Positions 26,164 to 32,000 of a DNA stretch of 32,000 bases are shown here, piece after piece. The stretch is from Zymomonas mobilis subsp. mobilis ATCC 10988 (GTDB lineage: Bacteria; Pseudomonadota; Alphaproteobacteria; Sphingomonadales; Sphingomonadaceae), in assembly GCF_000175255.2 (NCBI RefSeq), contig NC_017262.1, positions 60,001-92,000 of the forward strand, written 5' to 3'. Numbering within the stretch: the first letter of the stretch is position 1; each line of letters starts with the position of its first letter. The position numbers and the translations under genes were made by a program. The notes below the pieces were generated by a model. That model made no database searches and had not been told where the DNA came from. It worked only from the letters and a program-made list of their open reading frames with translations.

Positions 26164-26220
26164 TATGGTCTCCTAGAGAACTAAATAATACATTCTTTTT
26201 TCTATAGAGACCATAATGGT
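26159..26220 (-). promoter_or_regulatory. Long hairpin between guaA and the HEPN-like gene; it covers that gene's SD and ATG and may also act as the guaA terminator
   Basis: The arms are ACCATTATGGTCTCCTAGAGAA (26159-26180) and TTCTATAGAGACCATAATGGT (26200-26220). There are 14 perfect bp plus about 6 more, and a 19-nt loop. Confidence 0.5.
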
Positions 26221-26245
26221 AATTTGTCTGTTCAAAAATTGAATG

Positions 26246-27826
26246 CTATTCCCATTCAATCGTTCCGGGTGGCTTAGAGGTGAAATCATAGGTCACACGG
26301 TTAATGCCTCTGACCTCATTCACAATACGGGTGGCGACATTGGCGAGAAATTCCGGCTGGAAAGGATAGATTTCAGCGGTCATTCCGTCGGTCGAAGTCA
26401 CCGCTCGCAAGGCGCAAACAGAATCGTAAGTTCTGCCGTCACCCATCACACCAACGGTTCTGACGGGTAACAATACCGCAAAAGCCTGCCAAATCGCATT
26501 ATACAAACCAGCATTACGGATTTCTTCAAGATAAACCGCATCCGCCTTACGCAAAATATCGCAGCGTTCCTTGGTCACTTCACCCGGAATACGGATAGCC
26601 AGACCAGGACCTGGGAAGGGATGACGATCGACGAAGATGTCAGGCATTCCCAATTCGCGCCCTAAATCGCGGACTTCATCCTTGAACAATTCACGAAGCG
26701 GCTCGACCAGCTTCATATTCATGCGTTCGGGCAGGCCACCAACATTGTGATGGCTTTTAATCGTTACCGACGGGCCTCCAAGGAAGCTCACGCTTTCGAT
26801 CACATCAGGATAAAGCGTGCCTTGAGCAAGGAAGTCGGCACCACCGATTTTTTTGGCTTCTTCTTCAAAAATTTCGATAAAAGTTTTGCCGATGAATTTT
26901 CGCTTGGTTTCAGGGTCAGTTACGCCCTTTAAACCAGCCAAGAAGCGGTCTTCAGCATTCACGTGAACCAGTTTGATACCATAATGCTCACGGAACAGGG
27001 AAACGACCTGCTCGGCTTCTCCCTGACGCATCAAACCATGATCGACAAAAACACAAGTCAACTGGTCGCCAATAGCTTCATGCACCAAAACGGCAGTCAC
27101 AGAAGAATCAACACCACCAGACAAGCCGCAAATAACACGACCATCGCCGACTTGTTTGCGGATTTCAGCAATTTTTGTCTGACGAAATTCCGCCATCGTC
27201 CAATCACCGGCCAAACCGCAGATGTCATGGACAAAATGAGCGATCAGCTTACCTCCATCAGGGGTATGCACCACTTCAGGATGAAATTGCATGCCATAGA
27301 AACGGCGGTTTTCATCAGCGATCAAAGCGAAAGGCGCACCATCAGAAACCGCAATAGGCTTAAAGCCTTCAGGCAAAGCCTCGACCCGATCGGCATGGCT
27401 CATCCATACTTGATGCTTTTCGCCGACCTTCCACAAATTTTCAAACAGAGGCGAGGGGGCGATTACATCAATAAAGGCACGGCCAAATTCGCCATCAACA
27501 TCATTGGCGGTAACTTTGCCGCCCAATTGATGGCACATAACCTGCTGCCCATAGCAGATGCCGAAAATCGGAATACCTGCCTGAAAGAAGGATTCCGGCG
27601 CTCTCGGGCTGCCTTCTGCGACAACAGAAGCCGGACTACCCGAAAGGATAATACCTTTTGGCTGCAAGCGCTGAAAGGCTTCTTCTGCACGGTTAAAAGG
27701 GACAATTTCGCTATATACACCGGCTTCACGGACACGGCGAGCGATAAGCTGGGTGACTTGGCTTCCGAAATCGACAATGAGAATCGATTCAGAAACAATT
27801 TTATCGGCGATTGAAGAAACGGACAT
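26246..27826 (-). CDS. guaA: GMP synthase (glutamine-hydrolysing)
   Basis: [20 protein letters not shown], the [12 protein letters not shown]-loop and a C-terminal KPPGTIEWE. Confidence 0.95.
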   Translation of the reverse strand: MSVSSIADKIVSESILIVDFGSQVTQLIARRVREAGVYSEIVPFNRAEEAFQRLQPKGIILSGSPASVVAEGSPRAPESFFQAGIPIFGICYGQQVMCHQLGGKVTANDVDGEFGRAFIDVIAPSPLFENLWKVGEKHQVWMSHADRVEALPEGFKPIAVSDGAPFALIADENRRFYGMQFHPEVVHTPDGGKLIAHFVHDICGLAGDWTMAEFRQTKIAEIRKQVGDGRVICGLSGGVDSSVTAVLVHEAIGDQLTCVFVDHGLMRQGEAEQVVSLFREHYGIKLVHVNAEDRFLAGLKGVTDPETKRKFIGKTFIEIFEEEAKKIGGADFLAQGTLYPDVIESVSFLGGPSVTIKSHHNVGGLPERMNMKLVEPLRELFKDEVRDLGRELGMPDIFVDRHPFPGPGLAIRIPGEVTKERCDILRKADAVYLEEIRNAGLYNAIWQAFAVLLPVRTVGVMGDGRTYDSVCALRAVTSTDGMTAEIYPFQPEFLANVATRIVNEVRGINRVTYDFTSKPPGTIEWE

Positions 27827-28045
27827 AGAGCTTTCGATAAGGGGGGAAAACGCTCCTGTCCAGATGCTTCATGCCAGAAGAACACTTCCTGTCCTTAATC
27901 AGGCCAATTTTTTTAACAGGACTTTCAGATTCAAGCTTTTTTAATGATTGTCTGAAAAGGATGCGCTGATATTCTTGGCTTATCAAGACCTCCTTCTGCC
28001 TCTTCTTTTCAGATGACACAGAAGGAAGCCCGCCACTCTTTGCTA

Positions 28046-28702
28046 TTAAGCTTTTTCTGTTTTCAACAAATGGCTGTAATAGGTCTTTACCCCTTGTAGA
28101 GGGGCTATCGGATTATGTCCTGTTATCCGATCTTTTGTGACCAAGGTTGTTGCTGGTGCTTCGGAATAGCGATAGAATAAACTATCATGTCCAACGCATA
28201 ATCCCATGACAACATTCAGCTCGGTTTTTTGTTTGTTAAGCAATTTTGCTTGCCAGACCGGATTGCATATCCGTTCAAAAGGCTGCCGCAAATATTGCAG
28301 CTCAATATTTATCTTGGTCTTCTCGACGGCACCTACTTTGCAAGCCACTCCAAACGCCTCAAACCCCTTGGCTTTCAAAATACGCGCGAAAATACGACTT
28401 TCTTCTATAAGGCCAATACAAGTCGCAATCCCGATTTTCTTGGCATTAATCCGGCGAGCAAACTCCATAACCTCTTCAACACGGGTATATTTGCCATAGA
28501 ATGCGCCTTCGACTTCTGACCCCGCCACAGCCAGCCTGCGAACCTCTTGGTCATGACTATACAGCTCTATAATATCATCAATTTCTTGATCGGAGAGGCT
28601 GACGGTTGGACAGAATTCGGGATATTTTCCGGCTTCTTTTTTGCAGGTATTAACTGCGCAATTAGTGCAGCTCAAACCATCATTTTCAGCTTTATTCGCC
28701 AT
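28046..28702 (-). CDS. DUF1847-family Cys-rich putative metal-binding protein
   Basis: N-terminal CTNCAVNTCKKEAGKYPEFCPT, plus CNPVWQAKLLN and GLCVGHDSLF...TTLVTKDRITGHNP motifs that I recognise as DUF1847. Confidence 0.6.
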   Translation of the reverse strand: MANKAENDGLSCTNCAVNTCKKEAGKYPEFCPTVSLSDQEIDDIIELYSHDQEVRRLAVAGSEVEGAFYGKYTRVEEVMEFARRINAKKIGIATCIGLIEESRIFARILKAKGFEAFGVACKVGAVEKTKINIELQYLRQPFERICNPVWQAKLLNKQKTELNVVMGLCVGHDSLFYRYSEAPATTLVTKDRITGHNPIAPLQGVKTYYSHLLKTEKA

Positions 28703-28712
28703 TTTCCTGCTC

Positions 28713-29894
28713 CTAGGATGCCTCTATGCTGACATAGTCGGAAATCTGATACAGCTTTTCCGTGATATCCTGTCCGATGCCCGGCAATTCCGGCACTTTA
28801 TAGCGGCCTTTGACCGGCTGATAATTATGCACACAAAGCTCTTCATATTCAGGCAGCAAAGTCTTTTGGTGATGCTCATGAATACAGAAATTCGGGATAG
28901 CAATTTCTGCATGTAAAGAGGCGGCTTCGGCTACACCTGTGCCTGCGACATGTGCCTGTACTGTGACTTCAAAAATATGCGCCATATCGGCAATTTTTTT
29001 AAATTCAGTGAATCCACCACAAGTTCCCAAATCGGGCTGAATAACATCGATTGAGCGGTCTTCAAGGAAAGGCAGGAATCCCCAGCGCGAGTAAATTCTT
29101 TCACCTGATGCCAAAGGAATATCTATCTTCCTCTTGGCCTCTTTCAAAAGACGAGGATTGAGGGGGGTATTAATTTCTTCATAGAAAAAGATATTGAATT
29201 CTTCGATCGCTTTCGCAAATTGAATCGCGCTGACAAGATCGGTATGGCCATGATTTTCGACAATAATATCGACATCAGGTCCCACGGCATTCCGAATAGC
29301 TTCGACGCGCTCTACACCGATTTTAATCGTTTCAGAGGGAAGGGGGCCTTCAAGAAAAACACCTTCTCGGCTACCATTTCGATCATGAGCCAAAACATCG
29401 ACTTTGACGGCATCATAACCTTCTGCGACCGCTTTCAAGGCTTCTTCTGCATATTCTTCTTTACGGCCTTTCGATTTGCGCTCTTTTCCCCATCCAAACT
29501 GTAACTGCGAAGCATATACTCTTAAGTCTTCACGATTTTTACCGCCCAGAAGTTTATAAACCGGCAAATTCAAGGCTTTCCCTTTGATATCCCAAAAAGC
29601 GATATCAAAAGCGGATATGCCAGAGAAAATAACGGTTCCACCCCCTTGTCCCCAAAAGGTTTTTTTGAAGAGCTTTTCCCAAATAGCCTCAGTGTTAAAG
29701 GGATCTTCGCCTATTAAAAGAGCCGCATAATCTTTTAAAATACCAGCCGCCGCACTGCCGCCAACACCATAGGCAATACCGGCTTCACCAAGACCATAGA
29801 TACCTTCATCCGTAGAGACTTTTACGAGAATAGGACGCTGACCGGATTGGGGGCGGGTATGAACATGAAATATTTCAATTTTGGTAATCTTCAT
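28713..29894 (-). CDS. Enolase-superfamily (mandelate racemase/muconate lactonizing enzyme family) acid-sugar dehydratase-like enzyme
   Basis: MKITKIEIFHV..., GISAFDIAFWDIKGKALNLPVYKLLGG, and metal-ligand contexts VKVDV / VENHG / ASGER. 393 aa. Confidence 0.75.
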   Translation of the reverse strand: MKITKIEIFHVHTRPQSGQRPILVKVSTDEGIYGLGEAGIAYGVGGSAAAGILKDYAALLIGEDPFNTEAIWEKLFKKTFWGQGGGTVIFSGISAFDIAFWDIKGKALNLPVYKLLGGKNREDLRVYASQLQFGWGKERKSKGRKEEYAEEALKAVAEGYDAVKVDVLAHDRNGSREGVFLEGPLPSETIKIGVERVEAIRNAVGPDVDIIVENHGHTDLVSAIQFAKAIEEFNIFFYEEINTPLNPRLLKEAKRKIDIPLASGERIYSRWGFLPFLEDRSIDVIQPDLGTCGGFTEFKKIADMAHIFEVTVQAHVAGTGVAEAASLHAEIAIPNFCIHEHHQKTLLPEYEELCVHNYQPVKGRYKVPELPGIGQDITEKLYQISDYVSIEAS

Positions 29895-29931
29895 TTTACA
29901 AGCCTCATTTTGAAATTTTAGTATAAAAAAA

Positions 29932-30654
29932 TTAGATATAATAATTTTTCATTATAAAATTGAGGATTTCATTTTCAAAACAGGCGAAATGTCTGTCTTT
30001 AACTCTTGGCCTTGGAAGGGGAATTTCGCGATCCAGACCAATCTGTCCCTTTTCAAGAGCGATGACACGGTCAGCTAAATAGACGGCTTCACTAACGTCA
30101 TGGGTCACCAATAGAACCGTAAATTTTTGTTCAAGCCATAAGCTTTCAATAAGCTTTTGCATCTGAACACGGGTCAAGGCATCTAACGCACCCAAAGGTT
30201 CATCCAGCAGAAGAATTTTGGGTTTCCCAGCCAAGGCTCTTGCAAGCGAAACGCGTTGACATTGACCGCCAGATAGAATCTCTGGCCACTCGTTTTCTTT
30301 GTCCAGAAGGTTGACCGATTCCAAGGATTCACGGGCGGTCTTTTTATCTCGATCTTTGGCACCCAAACGAACATTGTCGAGAACGCTTCGCCAAGGTAAT
30401 AATCGCGCTTCCTGAAAGAGATAGCGGACAGACGGATTTATTTTTCTTCTTTCTTTTCCATCAATCAGAAGCTGACCGGAAGTTGGGCGTTCCAGATGAG
30501 AAATTAATCGTAAAAGGGTGCTTTTGCCGCAACCGCTTTCTCCGACCAAAGCCACAAATTGCCCTTCTGGAATCGCGATATCGACATCTTTTAAAACTTC
30601 TACCGTTCCAAAATTTTTTCGTAATTTGGAAAGTTGGATAGATATCTTTTCCAT
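29932..30654 (-). CDS. ABC transporter ATP-binding protein (NitT/TauT, SsuB-like family)
   Basis: Walker A GESGCGKST, signature LSGGQCQR, Walker B LLLDEP. Confidence 0.85.
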   Translation of the reverse strand: MEKISIQLSKLRKNFGTVEVLKDVDIAIPEGQFVALVGESGCGKSTLLRLISHLERPTSGQLLIDGKERRKINPSVRYLFQEARLLPWRSVLDNVRLGAKDRDKKTARESLESVNLLDKENEWPEILSGGQCQRVSLARALAGKPKILLLDEPLGALDALTRVQMQKLIESLWLEQKFTVLLVTHDVSEAVYLADRVIALEKGQIGLDREIPLPRPRVKDRHFACFENEILNFIMKNYYI

Positions 30655-31488
30655 CTAGCTTTCCTCCAAAATTTTTCTGTAATTTTGATGCCAGCGTAAA
30701 AGATGCTTTTCGATTTTCGCAGCGGCAAAGTCTGAAAAACTGCCCAAAACCGCATAGATAATGAGAGTTAGAACGATAATATCGATCTGCATGAATTCCC
30801 TGGCATTGGTCGCCATATAGCCAATGCCTGATTTGGCAGCCACGGTCTCAGCAACGATCAAGGTGATCCACATTCTGCCCAAAGACTGGCGAATTCCCAC
30901 CATGATAGAAGGGGTTGCACCGGGGAAAATGATATTTTGAAAGGTCTCTCTATGGGTCAATCCATAGACTTTTCCCATTTCCAGCAATTTTTTGTCGATA
31001 TGGCGAATGCCATAAAAACTATTCAGATAAATCGGGAAAAAGCATCCCAAAGCAATCAATATAATTTTGGAAGTTTCTCCCAAGCCAAACCAGATTAAAA
31101 TAAGCGGCAACAAGGCAAGATGCGGCACGTTGCGGATCATCTGAATAGGCGTATTCAATATTTCTTCAGCTATTTTGAATTGGCCGTTCAAAACCCCCAG
31201 CAAAAATCCGATGCCACCACCGATAATAAATCCAGCGATAGCGCGCAGGCTGCTGACCCATAAATTATTCCAAAGAACGCCATTTTTTGTCAGTCTAACC
31301 GTTACATGCCAGACTGACTGGGGCGTCGGAAAAATACTTTCGCTATTCTGTCCTTGGGTAAGAAAAAACCATGCCAACAAGGCTATGATAGGAATCAGAC
31401 AGGGAAAGAGAAATCTATGCCATAGAATAGTCTCAATAGGGAGTGAATTTACCGATTTCAGCCTTAAATGAATCGTCGAAAATTTCAT
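30655..31488 (-). CDS. ABC transporter permease (SsuC/TauC-like)
   Basis: 6-TM BPD-type permease whose stop directly abuts the ATPase start. The start is uncertain because it overlaps the upstream gene fragment by 56 nt. Confidence 0.8.
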   Translation of the reverse strand: MKFSTIHLRLKSVNSLPIETILWHRFLFPCLIPIIALLAWFFLTQGQNSESIFPTPQSVWHVTVRLTKNGVLWNNLWVSSLRAIAGFIIGGGIGFLLGVLNGQFKIAEEILNTPIQMIRNVPHLALLPLILIWFGLGETSKIILIALGCFFPIYLNSFYGIRHIDKKLLEMGKVYGLTHRETFQNIIFPGATPSIMVGIRQSLGRMWITLIVAETVAAKSGIGYMATNAREFMQIDIIVLTLIIYAVLGSFSDFAAAKIEKHLLRWHQNYRKILEES

Positions 31489-31822
31489 GGATATCCCCCC
31501 GATTATTTAATAATTTTAAATCATGGAAGGTATCCGCTATGTCTTTTTCAGAAGAGATTGTTTTTTCATCTATCGGTGCCACTCTCGAATGGGATTGTTT
31601 GTTTTCTTGATTTAAAATCTGAAGGAAATCTTCTGGGGTCTGATTATTTTCATTGCTGTAAATTTCGGACCATTCTTCAGGATGTTCTCTCGCCCATTCA
31701 TTGGCTTCGTGATAACGGGCAAGATAATCAACAAGAGCGGCGTGTTTTTTGGGATCATTGATGGCGGCTGGTGTGGCATACCAATAATAATCACCAGACA
31801 GAATTTTCTCTGCGGATTCTAG
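31433..31822 (-). pseudogene. C-terminal fragment of the cognate ABC substrate-binding protein, 5' part removed by an IS
   Basis: A start-less open frame, absent from the ORF track: ...AEKILSGDYYWYATPAAINDPKKHAALVDYLARYHEANEWAREHPEEWSEIYSNENNQTPEDF...KAEIGKFTPY*. The upstream boundary is uncertain (about 31790-31830). Confidence 0.5.
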
Positions 31823-32000
31823 GCTCAGGACTCATTCTTTGAGATAGAAGATGAAACTTGCTGCGATATGGATTGCTGACATGAATGTGTGAGCGCACCG
31901 GTCGTATCGTGTTGCGACACGCCGCCAGTCTTTGAGCTTTGCGAACATATTTTCGATGAGGTGACGCTTTTTATACAGATGCCAGTCGTAAGGCGGCTTT
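31823..32000 (-). mobile_element. End of a second, different IS5-family element (partial, runs off the window)
   Basis: It contains a transposase C-terminus. The exact terminus is not determinable and lies somewhere in 31790-31830. Confidence 0.65.
31832..32000 (-). CDS. IS5-family DDE transposase, C-terminal 55 codons (partial)
   Basis: The minus-strand translation is KPPYDWHLYKKRHLIENMFAKLKDWRRVATRYDRCAHTFMSAIHIAASFIFYLKE*, which contains the YK.R..IE..F..LK..RR.ATRYD signature. Confidence 0.75.
   Translation of the reverse strand, partial: KPPYDWHLYKKRHLIENMFAKLKDWRRVATRYDRCAHTFMSAIHIAASFIFYLKE

Noticed and set aside
26963-27814. 283-aa plus-strand ORF
   Set aside because: It lies entirely antisense within guaA. 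The product is low-complexity and Arg/Asn-rich with no recognisable motifs, so it is a shadow ORF.
27854-27894. Direct repeat TCCTGTCC twice, 33 bp apart, in the guaA leader
   Set aside because: It is only an 8-mer, which is within chance expectation for this window size. There is no supporting context.
27801-28019. 72-aa minus-strand ORF in the guaA upstream region
   Set aside because: It overlaps the guaA start out of frame, is Lys/Arg-rich and has no SD. This is more likely the guaA promoter and leader.
1-32000. CRISPR arrays, tRNA, rRNA or integrase/att sites
   Set aside because: By eye I found no regularly spaced repeats, cloverleaf-like segments, rRNA-like sequence or recombinase ORF. 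A tRNAscan or Infernal run would be needed for certainty.

Overview
The window is mostly chromosomal backbone of a sphingolipid-making alphaproteobacterium. The serine palmitoyltransferase (SPT) closely resembles Sphingomonas SPT, and by-eye GC is in the mid-40s, so a Zymomonas-like sphingomonad is my inference. No search was run.

Recognisable core genes:
- queE and murQ
- an S10 serine carboxypeptidase
- a GlsB/YeaQ stress protein and an MFS transporter
- a three-subunit membrane-bound FAD/cytochrome c sugar dehydrogenase with a convergent LacI-family regulator
- acpP, fabF and mltG
- ilvA, an amidohydrolase, an astD-like aldehyde dehydrogenase and cobA
- spt with its dedicated ACP
- guaA

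Three IS5-family insertions interrupt this backbone, and each cuts a gene in visibly AT-rich accessory DNA:
1. An ~855-bp IS is cut by the window start (1-369). It truncates a ComF-like phosphoribosyltransferase (PRTase) gene that is ATGA-coupled to an intact DprA/SLOG-like gene (369-1165). The pair looks like a ShosTA-type toxin-antitoxin/anti-phage module with the toxin knocked out.
2. An identical full copy (24679-25533) splits a lone gene next to guaA that carries an RNxxxH (HEPN-like) motif. The reading frame can be rejoined across the IS.
3. A different IS5-family element (about 31823 to the window end) truncates the substrate-binding gene of an ABC-transporter / enolase-superfamily dehydratase / DUF1847 operon.

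Smaller observations:
- a sigma-EcfG-type general-stress promoter upstream of the GlsB-family gene
- a GntR-like TGTTAA-N4-TTAACA palindrome upstream of the LacI-family gene
- a 23-bp motif, AATAACG-N7-GGCGTTATT, present in identical form upstream of both murQ-queE and ilvA
- a long hairpin that buries the SD and start codon of the HEPN-like gene

I saw no rRNA, tRNA or CRISPR array. All calls rest on reading the sequence and ORF translations by eye; no database search was run.
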